Source: Ruditapes philippinarum (lineage: Eukaryota). From it: DNA of 64,000 nucleotides. Under the pieces are notes generated by a model, which saw only the letters and a program-made list of their open reading frames with translations, did no database searches and was not told where the DNA came from. The translations under genes and the position numbers were made by a program. The DNA is taken from the NCBI RefSeq assembly GCF_026571515.1, contig NW_026854323.1, forward strand, positions 1 to 64,000, written 5' to 3'. Within the stretch, counting starts at the first letter, position 1, and the number at the start of each line of letters is the position of its first letter. This document shows positions 47,890 to 62,500 of the stretch, piece after piece.

Positions 47890-50228
47890 TATAAGGAATT
47901 CCTTGTTGTCAGACGTAATGAGACACTGGATCACCCTATAAACACAGTACTATAAGGAATTCCTTGTTGTCAGACGTAATGAGACACTGGATCACCCTAT
48001 AAACACAGTACTATAAGGAATTCCTTGTTGTCAGACGTAATGAGACACTGGATCACCCTATAAACACAGTACTATAAGGAATTCCTTGTTGTCAGACGTT
48101 AATGAGACACTGGATCACCTTATGAAACACAGTACTATAAGGAATTCCTTGTTGTCAGACTTGAATGAGACACTGGATCACCCTATAAACACGGTACTAT
48201 AAGGAATTCCTTGTTGTCAGACGTAATGAGACACTGGATCACCCTATAAACACGGTACTATAAGGAATTCCTTGTTGTCAGACTTAATGAGACACTGGAT
48301 CACCCTATAAACACGAGGGTACTATAAGGAATTCCTTGTTGTCAGACGTAATGAGACACTGGATAATCACCTTATAAACACAGTACTATAAGAATTCCTT
48401 GTTGTCAGACTTAGATGAGACACTGGATCACCAATATAAACACGGTACTATAAGGAATTCCTTGTTGTCAGACGTAATGAGACTCTGGATCACCCTATAA
48501 ACACAGTACTATAAGGAATTCCCTTGTTGTCCGACGTAAATGAGACACTGGATCACCCTATAAACACGGTACTATAAGGAATTCCTTGTTGTCAGACGTA
48601 ATGAGACATGGATCACCCTATAAACACGGTACTATAAGGAATTCCTTGTTGTCAGACGTTAATGAGACACTGGATCACCTTATAAACACGGTACTATAAG
48701 GAATTCCTTGTTGTCAGACATTAATGAGACACTTGTCACCTTATAAACACGGTACTATAAGGAATTCCTTGTTGTCAGACTTAATGAGACACTGGATCAC
48801 CCTATAACCACGTACTATAAGAATTCTTATTTCAGGTTAATGAGACACTGGATCACCTATAAACACAGTACTATAAGGAATTCCTTGTTGTCAGTACTTA
48901 ATGAGACTTAATGAGCACTGGATCACCTTATAAACACGGTACTATAAGGAATTCCTTGTTGTCAGACTTAATGAGACACTGGATCACCTTATAAACACAG
49001 TACTATAAGGAATTCCTTGTTGTCAGACTTAATGAGACACTGGATCACCTTATAAACAAGTACTATAAGGAATTCCTTGTTGTCAGATAATGAGACACTG
49101 GATCACCTTATAAACACTGTACTATAAGGAATTCCTTGTTCAGACTTAATGAGACACTGGATCACCTTATAAAACAGGTATACTAAAGGAATTCCTTGTT
49201 GTCAGACTTAATGAACTCAAGGATCACCTTATAAACACGGTACTATAAGGAATTCCTTGTTGTCAGACTTAATGAGACACTGGATCACCTTATAAACACA
49301 GTACTATAAGGAATTCCTTGTTGTCAGACTTAATGAGACACTGGATCACCTTATAAACACGGTACTATAAGGAATTCCTTGTTGTCAGACTTAATGAGAC
49401 ACTGGATCACCTTATAAACAGTACTATAAGGAATTCCTTGTTGTCAGACTTAATGAGAACACTGGATCACCTTATAAACACAGTACTATAAGGAATTCCT
49501 TGTTGTCAGACTTAATGAGACACTGGATCACCTTATAAACACAGTACTATAAGGAATTCCTTGTTGTCAGACTTAATGAGACACTGGATCACCTTATAAA
49601 CACAGTACTATAAGGAATTCCTTGTTGTCAGACTTAATGAGACACTGGATCACCTTATAAACACAGTACTATAAGGAATTCCTTGTTGTCAGACTTAATG
49701 AGACTCAGGATCACCTTATAAACACAGTACTATAAGGAATTCCTTGTTGTCAGACATTAATGAGACACTTGATCACCTTATAAACACAGTACTATAAGGA
49801 ATTCCTTGTTGTCAGACTTAATGAGACACTGGATCACCTTATAAACATAGTACTATAAGGAATTCCTTGTTGTCAGACTTAATGAGACACTGGATCACCT
49901 TATAAACACAGTACTATAAGGAATTCCTTGTTGTCAGACTTAATGAGACACTGGATCACCTTATAAACACAGTACTATAAGGAATTCCTTGTTGTCAGAC
50001 TTAATGAGACACTGGATCACCTTATAAACACAGTACTATAAGGAATTCCTTGTTGTCAGACTTAATGAGACACTGGATCACCTTATAAACACAGTACTAT
50101 AAGGAATTCCTTGTTGTCAGACTTAATGAGACACTGGATCACCTTATAAACACAGTACTATTCCTTGTTGTCCATGTATAAGGAATTCCTTGTCAGACTT
50201 AATGAGACACTGGATCACCTTATAAACA
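47890..50228. repeat. 58-bp satellite, about 40 units
   Basis: Consensus AAACACAGTACTATAAGGAATTCCTTGTTGTCAGACTTAATGAGACACTGGATCACCTTAT-type unit with 58-bp period. Confidence 0.98.
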
Positions 50229-51139
50229 GCCGGCAGCTAATACTCATTGTACTTCATAATACAGCAAAGGAACAGCTTTTTCTGTATTTGCTTTTGACGT
50301 TTAATTTGAGTGATGTTTGTTGCATCTTGTTAAATTGAGGCTGTAAGCCAGAGATAGCAGTAAAATATACAGAATGTTCATGGCATGAATGAATGATAAA
50401 TGTATAATATCATATTTTTTGTCCTTTTTTTGTTTGAAGACAACAATAATGAAAATACTGTCACAATGAGAAGTGAAAAAATATCTTTTCTGCATTTAAA
50501 CATAATTGGGGTTTTAGATGATTATATCGGAATGTCAATAATCATCTCACTATTTGAACTGAAGTGTCCGTAGAGCTTTTTATGTTTTGTTTGCATTGTT
50601 CGTATAAACTCCCGACTAATCTTAAGTAACTGAAGAATGCAAAATTTGAAAAAAGTTGAACTGAAACTGTTTGATGTAGTACTCACTGAATGGGTGGAAA
50701 TATTGTTACAAAATTGTTTTAATTTAGTGATGATTTTTATTGAATACATTGCTACTGTTGTTAATTAATTAATATTCAAAACTTGATGAATGTTGAATAA
50801 AGAATCACGTATCATTATATTATGGTCTATATTATTCATAATTTATTGGTTTATGTAAAAGCAAGCACCTGTTACTGCAAGCTAATTTAATTCAACTTTA
50901 ATCCTTTCTAAATTCTTGCAAGCAAAGAAAGTAGATGCCCTTGTCCACAGTGCTGGGCTTGCCATGCTTTGAATTTAGATTTGTCTATAAATAGTTTAAG
51001 GAATTTCAGTATGAAAGAACATTATTTGATTAACTAAACAGTATGAAGTCACAGTTATTGACTGCACTATTAAACTATGTTGACTGGCCTGCTGAGACTA
51101 CATTAATACTGGCATTACTACAATGTGTTTTGTCTGTTA

Positions 51140-51690
51140 TTGGAACAAGTGGCATACTGGGTATAAGGTCTATTATTATAGCCTGTGGTCTCTTATTGTT
51201 GACAGTAGCATTCAAGGTAGATCTGTTATTGTTGCATGTAGCATAACATGTTGTTGTTGCTGCTGGCATACTGGTTAGGTCTGTTATTGTCACATATCAT
51301 TACCATACCATGATGGTGCCATACTGGCTAGGTTTGTTATTGATGCTGATGGCTTACCTGGTAGGTCTGTTATGGTTGTCAGTGTCTTACTGGGTATAGG
51401 TCTGTTATGGTTGTCAGTTGCTTACTAGCTAGGTTTGTTATTGATTCTGATGGTTTACCAGGTAGGTCTATTATTGATGCCCGTGACTTACTGGGTAGGT
51501 CTGATATTGATTCCAGTGGCTAACGGGGTAAGGGGTAGGTCTGTTATCGTTGCCAGTGGCTTACCTCGTAGGTCTATTATGGATGCAGGGGGCTTACTGG
51601 GAAGGTCTATTATAGTTGTTGGTGGCTAACTGAGTATGTCTGTTATTCTGTTATTGATGTTGGTGGCTTACTAGGTAAGTCTGTTAGTTA
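51140..51690. repeat. Degenerate minisatellite of about 33 bp
   Basis: Recurring GGCTTACTGGGTAGGTCTGTTATTGTTG; a related unit occurs near 53295-53350. Confidence 0.75.
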
Positions 51691-51919
51691 AGATTGATTT
51701 TTACCCATTTCTATCATTTTATGGCATTCTTATGTCAGCAGCAGGAATCTGATGAAGATATTTTTTTATCAGTTTTTGGACTTTTAACTCAAATTTCATT
51801 GGATAAATACGATGATTAAAACTCATGTAACAAGTAATGTTTGTTTAAAGAAACACACTTCTGTTTTATTTTACTGGAATGTCACTATATGTGACATCAT
51901 TTCAACTGTTTTATATCAG

Positions 51920-52325
51920 GTATACTCAACATCACTAATTCCGCGTCATCACTTATCTCGCGGTAATGGCATATTTTCATGTGACCAGTGTTAAAATTGA
52001 TCAGAATTGACATATTTTATTCAAATACCTTAACAACAAAGTTTTTGTGCAAAATAATTTAAATCTATAGATTTTTTAGTAAAACTGAGCAACATTTTAC
52101 ACTCTTCTACAAAAAACAACAATAGTCCATTAAATGTGTGCTTACGTCTGAAACAATCATCATTTTCTAAATGTTCTTGTTTGTTAAAAAAATAAATTTT
52201 GAGTTACAATGTAAAGATACTTTAAATATTTAATTTTACAAAATAAACATAAAAGATATTTTAACTGAAACATGAAAAAACTGAATAAAAACACCATTAA
52301 ACCGCAGAGTTAAATGATGACATAC
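51920..52325. mobile_element. MITE-like element with inverted repeats
   Basis: GTCATCACTTATCTCGCGGTAATGG (about 51945) is inverted relative to CCATTAAACCGCAGAGTTAAATGATGAC (about 52294-52321). Confidence 0.45.
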
Positions 52326-52699
52326 GTTTTCAAACATGGCCCGGACACCACAGTCTACATCTGACAAATTAAAACTAATTTTGATTGAATATATTGTTAT
52401 TTCCTTGTGTCATATAGCAGAAAAATGACTAAATGATACAGTTTATGACAGTTTTTGTAGTGTGAGTTTATTGTTTGTGTTCTTTACTGTTTTAAAGTGT
52501 TAAGTACCGTGAACTAAGAGGAGCACAGTATATATGCTGTTGCTTATATATACATTGAGAGAAATAAAGAAACCAGATGTTTGTTTTTTTGATAAAAAAT
52601 CTCAATTCTTTTCCTGAAAAAGTACCTTTCAATATTGTCTGTAAGGAAGTAACTGAGGTCTACTTCTTACTGGAAGACTAACTCTTAGAAAAGGTCCAC

Positions 52700-53263
52700 T
52701 TTTCAGTAGAAAAGCAAGTCTAAGAAGAGGTCTGCTTTCCAGTATTAAAGCAAGTTTAAGAGGCACAGCAAGTTTAAGAGGCACAGCAAGTCCAATAGTG
52801 CAGCATGTCTAGTAGTGCAGCAAGTCCAAAAGTACAGCAAGTCCAAAAGTGCAGCTAGCTCAATAGTGCAGTAAGTCTTAGAGCACAGCAAGTCCAATAG
52901 TGCAACAAGGTCAGAAGCACAGCAAGTCCAAAAGCACAGCAAGTCAAAAAGCACAGCAAGTCCAAATGTGCATCAAGTCTCAGAGGCACAGCAAGTCCAA
53001 TAGTGCAGCAAGTCTAGTAGGACAGCAATTCCAAAACCACAGCAAGTAGGGTTGTTCAGCAAATCCAAAAATGCAGCAGGTCTAAAAGAATAGCATGTCC
53101 AGTAGAACAGCAAGTCCAGAAGTCCAGTAGTGCAGCAAGTCAAAAGTGCAGCAAGTTCAAAAGTGCAGCTATGTCAATAGTAGAGTAAGTCTTAAAGCAC
53201 AGCAAGTCCCAGTGCAGCAAGTCAAGTAGCGCAGCAAGTCCAAAAGTGCAGCAAGTCCAAAAG
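52700..53263. repeat. 19-bp minisatellite, about 29 degenerate copies
   Basis: Consensus CAGCAAGTCCAAAAGTG/GCACAG. Confidence 0.9.
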
Positions 53264-54899
53264 TTTGTAGGTTACGGTATGTAATGCTTGCTCAGTTGGC
53301 ATATTTTGTAGGTCTGTTATTTTTGCTTGTAGCATACTAGTTAAGTTTGTTTATGTTGCCATTTTAAACATGTTAGCAGGGCACATATTTTATAAAATGT
53401 TTTTTTCATGTTTCATACCAAAGACTGACACTGGTTTACAAAGATAGCTATAAAATAAACCAATGTTATAAAATAAATGATACATGTGATTTTGTCTATT
53501 CTTCCATCATCTTAGTTGAACTAAGGAAGGTTCAGGCACTGGATATTTAGTGAAAGATCCCTAGAGTAAACATGACCTATCTATATACCATGTTTAATGT
53601 AAATGTCAATATTAGTTAAAGATAGGATAAGTCAGATTTTCAGAGCCTACAAGAGGTTTTAATACATGTTAAAGTTGATAAATAACACACATGTTAAGGT
53701 TTTAAGTATGTAGAAAGTGATTATCAATAAGTTTTACTTCCAGGTTTGGAAACTTTCCATTTTTTTGATCTAAATTAACATTTTAATGCTAAGTTTTATC
53801 AATCTGTTTTTGTTAAGTTTACCATTTATATGGATATATAAGATATGTTGGATTCAGATGTAAAATTCTTTACTAGCAGTATACAAGTTTACTGATAAGA
53901 TGAATTACACCTGTAGTATTGATCGTAGGAGCACCATATCTGGCATGAAAACATCTTTCAATTTTTATGAATACCTCAGACAGCCAACATTTTGTTACTT
54001 GATGGTGGTAGACTCTTCAGATGTTGACCTGAGTTTAACAGTGTGAAAACAGGTCTTCCTTTTCCACTGGCTTGGTATTACATTCCACCCCAGTTGGTCA
54101 ATATATTTGGCTTTCCATAAGAACACCACAGAAAGTTGCTATACTATAGCAACTGGTTTAAACATTTTAAAATGATTTTTAATTATATTTGTGACCAATG
54201 AATTAGTAGAAATATACATTTATATGTCATATTATATGTAGAATTAAAGTCTTTTTTACCACTCTACTTATCTCCTATACCCTTTGAGGAATTATGCTTT
54301 GAAACTTTAAATACTTTTACACATGTAGTTACCAACATCCACAAATCCAGACAAGACGACATAACTTTGTCATGGATTTTGATTATTCCCCTTTTTCAAC
54401 TTATCACACTGACTTACCAACAGCTCTTGTTATAAAGATTATTGGTCACATATTTCAGGCACTTCAACCTTGAAAATGTGTGTTAGAATTAAAAAAAAAA
54501 CCCATCTATTTTGGTCACCACCATTTTAATGCCCCTGCCATAAAATTGGGGAAGGCCATATTAAGCTTAACCCTCCTGTGTATACTGAAGGAGACTTCAG
54601 TGAAGATGTTTAGTATAAGAAGCATTAATTGACTACTGGTATTCAGCAAAACTTATATGAATCATAGCCCTACCCTATATAATGTGTCCCAATGACTTTT
54701 TTCTGCATCGAAGGAAAATAAATAGAAATGGATCTAGAAGAGCTAACAACCTATGGCTATCTTGGTTTTACATAATAATATTTTATAAATAGAAGAATTC
54801 AGTCATAAAAGATTTCAACCAAACTTTAATAAAACTGTTATCATCAACTGCTCTGGAGGTTTTTGTTATTCACTTTTAGTATAATGATTAAGACTACTA

Positions 54900-55115
54900 A
54901 ACCATATAGACAATATTTTTGAAAATATTTGAGAAGAATATATTTGCATTTTGTCCTGATTATTTGATTTATTATTGTAAAATATACAACCCTTGGTAAG
55001 GTGAGTGAACCATATAGACAATATTTTTGAAAATATTTGAGAAGAATATATTTGCATTTTGTCCTGATTATTTGATTTATTATTGTAAAATATACAACCC
55101 TTGGTAAGGTGAGTA
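54900..55115. repeat. 108-bp tandem duplication
   Basis: AACCATATAGACAATATTTTTG...CCCTTGGTAAGGTGAGT twice. Confidence 0.95.
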
Positions 55116-55704
55116 AAAATGAATTATATATGCATTTGAAAAAAATCATTGAATTTTTATGAATATGTACTTCAAGGTTAATTGAACCCAGATATTTGAT
55201 TGATTATTCCTTAGATGCCATTGTTAGTATTGTATTTCCTCAAAATAATGTCTGCCACTATCTGTTTACATTAAAGAATCAATGGAGCAGCTATCATAGA
55301 TAATTGTACTAGAGTCGCCCCCTTAACCTTCTATATTCAACTGTTGTCAAAGTGAATTGTCTCCCTTTGTTACACTGTGCTCTGTTAGCTTCTGCAATTT
55401 TGAAGGTTTATGATAGTTGACATTGTCAAATATTTTATGTTTGTTTGTTTAATACAGTCACATCTGATTTATAACTTCAGTCCAGCCCACATTGTTTGGA
55501 CATTGATTTTATAGTTTTATAGTAGATTAAACAAACAATGTGGATCAAGTTCATGCAACTTATATATCACTGTCATGATTTTATCCTGGAAGTAACCAGC
55601 ACTGGTGTCCTACATGGTCATTACCCACAATCTTTAAATGAGAGGCTGGCATCTTAACCAATAGACCACCACTCCAATTAAATTCACTAAATTTGTAAGT
55701 TTTT

Positions 55705-56110
55705 TTTGTGCTTCCCAAAGGCTGAGCACATAGTCGCTGCTTAATCTTTCAATCCTCCACCTTTTCTTGTCCGGGACATAAATCTAGAACAACAAGAGGT
55801 ATTAACATAATACTTTTTAGGTAGATAGATCTCATTGGTTAGTAGTGCAGTGCAAAAGAACCATAACTGTGCCTTGCCTAATTTTGGAGTTCTTGCCCTT
55901 AGTTCATTTTTACACTTTAAACCTTGTCGTGGATATAACTCTGAAACTATAAGAGATATCAACATGAAACTTTGTAGGTAGATAGATCTCATTGAGTGGA
56001 AGGACAGTGCAAAGAACAATAACTCTGTCTTGCACTTTGAACTTTGTCAGGGACATAATTCTGAAACTACAAGAGGTACTAGTATATGCTTTTCTGTTTT
56101 GGGAATTTCA
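55705..56110 (+). mobile_element. Bivalve MITE/HINE-type repeat
   Basis: T-rich start TGCTTCCCAAAG..GAGCACATAGTCGC, repeated GTAGATAGATCTCATTG...GTGCAAA..AAC..TAACT units, and end TGGGAATTTCAACCAGCTCTTGTTT. Confidence 0.6.
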
Positions 56111-59100
56111 ACCAGCTCTTGTTTTTTTGTTATTGAAAAGTAGCAATATTGGACAATATAAGATTTTGATGTGATTTATTGATTTGATTGCTATGGTAAG
56201 TTGATATGATGACTACTATAAAGTTTGATGCTTATAACAATGGTTCTAAAGTCATTCAAGCATGTTAAATAATTGATGGTCATTTCACACAGATTTGAAA
56301 TAATATACCCACTTGTATGGAGAATTAATATCTTATATACTGAAAACATACACGTTTAACTGAAAGCTGTAACTAAATAAATGCTGCATACATTGATGTT
56401 AGACAGTTGTTACTATAATTTATGCATTATTATCAAAATTTTACACATTTCATATGAATGCCTGGACAGTATTATATCTTCAGATAGGATCATAAACACT
56501 CATTTAAATGTGTTTTATTGTGTACAAAATGAATAAAACCTATAATGATATGACATTTAAGGGGCTTCAAATTGATTTAACAGGTTATTTGAAACGCTCG
56601 GTTCTTAAAATATTTAAGATTACTATCATCAGTATAATCTAAGCCAGCATCTGTTTTGATTGGATAGTTTGTTAAAGATATGGTCTACATTCCTTAATAG
56701 ATATATTATTGAATGGGGGATTAGAGCGTAGATTTATGATCTAACATTTAAATATTAAATCACACCCTGTTTTACACATTAGAAGAATTTGTCTGCCTGA
56801 TGTATTTAACTTTTACTTATTTTTTGGCTGAAGGCCATCTAAAATCAGTTTGACTTCCTGTAAAATTTACAGAAAAGAACTGAATATGAGAAGAATTTTC
56901 ATTGGTCATTTTAAGATTACAAACTGAAATCTGGGTATCCTACTGGACATTCTAAAATAAAATGTAAAGGATAGTTCTTGCCATTCTAAAATAAAATTGT
57001 AAGGATAGTTTTTGCCAATAAATACAGGATCGTTCTAAAATAAAATGTACATGATAGTTCTTTAACTTTCTAGTTAAATTTCCGAGATATTTAAGTTCTG
57101 TTTAAGGATAGTTACTTCCTCTCACAAAACATTTTACACTGTGCTTGCGTAGATGTTGTTGTTAGATTTAAGTTCATTTACCGAAACATGCCATATTCAT
57201 TTAGGAACAAAATACATACATGTTCCATTTTTGTGGATAAATAACCCCATTGTGTATTCAAATATGCATCGAAAACTTAGAAATAACATATACCAGTTTA
57301 CCAGGTTAATACTATGGACTAGTATCTTTTTAAAGATACTTCTTGCTTGTGGCTTAAAGTGCTCAGATGAAGCCTTTTGAAATGTAAGTCAACCATAGAT
57401 GGATTTTGACCACACTTTACAGGAATGATCCTAAAATATAAGAAGCCCTGTAAAGAAATTGTGTAAATGGTCAAGTCTAATGCACAAGACCTAAAATATA
57501 CTTCAAAAATCAATAATCACAGCAATGATATTTGGCAATGTAGCAACACCTTGTTGACCTCTGCAAAGATAATATAAATCATTCCAACAAGGCAAAAATG
57601 GGTCAGCCTTGTGACTGAGTGTACAGAAATTCTACACATGTGTGTTTTAAGGTTTGTTTATACTCGGCGCCGGAATTAACCATATATCCGAGATTATAGT
57701 CCACTGTATTTGTCTCATCGGGGACGTCTTTTCCATGTCTTCCTGGAGCCCGTTCTTCGTTCAATGGTAGTGAAGGAGTCAACAATACTGCCAAGGCATC
57801 AGCTTTCTGACCAATGATAACAAAATTGACCCTTTTAAAACACCACTTTCCAGAGTTAGTCACAATAGGTCAACCAATATCACCTCTGGTACTTAAGATG
57901 ACTTGACATTGACCTATGGTGTGCCTTCTCCCCGACGTGCACGCCTCTGGAGGGATTTGGAGAAGCCTCTACATATTTGAACCTACAGACTTTATATATC
58001 ATGCCCCAGGCATCAAAACTGATCCTGCTCTGTTGTTTATTTAGTTTACATAGATTTAAATGGAAAATACATCTTGAAAATTCTCCTTCTCCAAAACGAC
58101 AATGCCTAGTAGAGCCTAGATGCATGTTGTACCATGGTGTCCACTACTCAAGTTAATTTAACATAAATTTAGCCACAAGCTGTGCACTTTGAGTTAGATA
58201 TTTGTCATCTTGCATTTGCTGGTGGACCTCGGCAAAGATTTATAAAACTAACATGCCAAAACGTCACCCAATTACCTTTTTTCTGCATTAAAGAATTATG
58301 ACCTTTTTAGCTCATCTGAGCTAGCATAGGGTGAACTTTTAGGATTGTTGAATGTCCTTCGTCCATCGTCCATCCACATTTGAGGTATATATACCTCTTA
58401 TAGTAATAAAGACAGATTTCTCACTTTTCTCACACTGTTTTATTAAAAAAGTCAACAATTTAAATAAGATTGGGTCACACAAAAATCACTTCAAATTTGA
58501 CTTATAATCCAATGGCACAATTTTAATGATTTTAATGCTTTGATTTACAGATTGATGTGTATATTTTGTACCATAAAGTTGATATTTTAAAAAAAAAAAT
58601 GTGTTTATAATTAAATTTGAAGCCATTGTTAATCTGATTTGAATGTGTAAAAATTTTAAACTTCAATATTGATTTATTGAACCAGAAAGACTAACACTTA
58701 GTAATCTTCAATTGCAATTTTACTGTTTTCTTTAATTATTTAACAGCTATATTTTCTTCTGTAGTTTGAAAGGGATAATCTGTTTTTGATGTTCAAACAA
58801 TGCCCTCTGTTATGAATTGTTGTTGACACAAAAGTCTATTATTCATACTTAACCTTGATTTATGTTTGTCATATATTGATTTAAACTCTTCAGATTTTAA
58901 GCTAATATTTTCACCAGATAAATTATAAAGTATTTGTACAAAAAATATGTTTTAAAATTATGTGATACATTTTACAATTCTCATTCATGTAATATTTAAT
59001 GTGAATCACATGAATAAATAATGACACAAAAAGGATATAAATACTTGTACAAACTGCAAAATTAATGGAAAAAAGAAAGAAAATTACACTCTGTTGATAT

Positions 59101-59559
59101 TGTTGATAAATCAGGAGCACACTTCTGTTCTATTTATAGAAACAATAATTCAGTTCCTCTTGTGGCTGAGGGATTGCCTTTAAGGGTTGAGGCATCAGAA
59201 TTGCCCTGCATGGTCATAAGAGACCACTAATTGGGTACTATGTACTGGAGCCTATGCATCTCTGAACTCCAGCAGGTGAGGTGGTTTTGACCCCTGGTGT
59301 TGCTTTAAGTTTGCTTCTTGGTTTAAGTTTTACATTCTACATTAATCTTCAAAAGAAATGAAGGTAATTCATTCAAAATTTAAATATTTATTTCTCTGTG
59401 ATTGTAGTTGGAGGTCACTGTCCAAGGCCCATAACTCTGACATGGATTTTGACTGAATTATAGCCCTTTGTGAACTAAAGAAATTCTTGTTAAAAGTTTT
59501 ATATGCAACATAAATTCTAAGAATACACTGACTACTTCAGAAAAAAAGATAATATCAGT

Positions 59560-62500
59560 ATTTAGACCACCTTAGAATAAGATATAACCCCCTAAGAATT
59601 GAGACCACCTCAGAAAATAAACCTTTTAGAATATAGATCATATCACAGTAATAAACCAATTTAGAATATGGATACACTAAAATATAGACCAATCCTCAGA
59701 ATATAAACCCTATTCAGAATATAGACACATTAGAATATAACCATTTTTTAAAGTATAGACAACATTAGAATATAACCCCTTCCAAATATAGACAACATTA
59801 GAATATAACCCCTTCCAAATATAGACAACATAAGAATATAACCTCTTCAAAATATAGATCACATTAAAATATAACCCCTTCAGGATAAAGACCACATTAG
59901 AATATAACCTTTTCAGAATATAGACAACATTAGAATATAACCCCTTCCAAATATAGACAACATTAGAATATAACCCCTTCCAAATATAGACAACATTAGA
60001 ATATAACCCCTTCCAAATATAGACAACATTAGAATATAACCCCTTCCAAATATAGACAACATTAGAATATAACCCCTTCCAAATATAGACAACATAAGAA
60101 TATAACCTCTTCAAAATATAGATCACATTAAAATATAACCCCTTCAGAATAAAGACCACATTAGAATATAACCTTTTCAGAATATAAACAGCATTAAAAT
60201 ATAACCCCTTCCAAATATAGACAACATTAGAATATAACCCCTTCCAAATATAGACAACATTAGAATATAACCCCTTCCAAATATAGACAACATTAGAATA
60301 TAACCCCTTCCAAATATAGACAACATTAGAATATAACCCCTTCCAAATATAGACAACATAAGAATATAACCTCTTCAAAATATAGATCACATTAAAATAT
60401 AACCCCTTCAGAATAAAGACCACATTAGAATATAACCCCTTCAGAATAAAGACCACATAAGAATATAACCCCTTCAGTATAAAGACCACATTAGAATATA
60501 ACCCCTTCAGTATAAAGACCACATTAGAATATAACCCCTTCAAAATAGACCACATTAAAATATAACCCCTTCAGAATAAAGACCACATTAGAATATAACC
60601 CCTTCAGTATAAAGAACACATTAGTATATAACCCCTTCAGTTTAAAGACAACATGAAAATATAACCCCTTCAGTATAAAGAAAACATTAAAATATAACCC
60701 CTACAGTATAAAGACCACATCAGAATATAACCCCTTCAGAATAGACCACATTAGAATATAACCCCTTCAGTAGAATATAACCGCTTCAGTATAAAGGCAA
60801 CATAAGAATAAAACCCTTCAGTATAAAGACAACATTAAAATATAATTATATACATCAGAGTTTAACCCCTTTAGAATAGACCACATTAGAATGTGAACCC
60901 TTCAGAATAAAGACCACATAAGAATGTAAACCCTTCAGTATAAAGACCACATTAGAATGTAAACCCTTCAGAATAAAGACCACATTAGAATATAACCCCT
61001 TCAGTATAAAGACAGCATTAAAATATAACCCCTACAGTATAAAGAACACATTAGAACATAACCCCTTCAGAATAAAGACCACATCAGAGTTTAACCCCTT
61101 CAGTCTCAATAGACCACATTAGAATGTGAACCCTTCAGAGTAAAGACCACATTAGAATGTGAACCTTTCAAAATAAAGACCACATTAGAATGTGAACCTT
61201 TCATAATAAAGACTACTTTAGAATATAACCCCTTCAGTAGAAAGACCACATCAGAGTTTAACCCCTTCAGATTAAAAACCACATTAGAATTTAACCCTTT
61301 CAGAATAAAGACCACATCAGAGTTTAACCCCTTCAGAATAAAGACCGAATTAGAATCTAACCCCTTCAGTTTAAAGACAACATTATAATATAACCCCTTC
61401 AGTATAAAGTGAACATTAAAATATAACCCCTTCAGTATAAAGACCACTTTAGAATATAACCCCTTCAGTATAAAGGCAACATAAGAATATAACCCTTCAG
61501 AATAAAGACAACATTAAAATATAACCCCTTCAGTATAAAGAACACATTAGAATATAACCCCTTCAGTATAAAGGCAACATAAGAATATAACCCTTCAGTA
61601 TAAAGACAACATTAAAACATAATTATATACATCAGAGTTTAACCCCTTTAGAATAGACCACATTAGAATGTGAACCCTTCAGAATAAAGATCACATTAGA
61701 ATGTAAACCTTTCAGAATAAAGACCATTTAAGAATGTAAACCCTTCAGAATAAAGACCACATCAGAGTTTAACCCCTTCAGAATAGACCACATTAGAATG
61801 TGAACCCTTCAGTATAAAGACCACATTAGAATGTGAACCATTCAAAATAAAGACCACATTAGAATGTGAACCTTTCGGAATAAAGACCACTTTAGAATAT
61901 AACCCCTTCAGTATAAAGACCACATCAGAGTTCAACCCCTTCAGAATAAAGACCACATTAGAATTTAACCCTTTCAGAATAAAGACCACATCAGAGTTTA
62001 ACCCCTTCAGAATAAAGACCACATAAGAATTTAACCCTTTCAGAATAAAGACCACATCAGAGTTTAACCCCTTCAGAATAAAGATCACATCAGAGTTTAA
62101 CCCCTTCAGAATAAAGACCACATTAGAATGTAAACCCTTCAGTATAGAGACCACATTAGAATATAACCGCTTCAGTATAAAGGCAACATTAGAATAAAAC
62201 CCTTCAGTATAAAGACAACATTAAAATATAATTATATACACCAGAGTTTAACCCCTTTAGAATAGACCACATTAGAATGTGAACCCTTCAGAATAAAGAC
62301 CACATTAGAATGTAAACCCTTCAAAATAAAGACCACATTAGAATGTGAACCTTTCGGAATAAAGACCACTCTATAATATAACCCCTTCAGTATAAAGACC
62401 ACATTAGAGTTTAACCCCTTCAGAATAAAGACCACATTAGAATTTAACCCTTTCAGAATAAAGACCACATCAGAGTTTAACCCCTTCAAATAAAGACCAC

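Noticed and set aside
47890-50228. CRISPR-like array suggested by regular palindromic repeats
   Set aside because: Units are head-to-tail with no unique spacers, there are no cas genes, and the context is eukaryotic.
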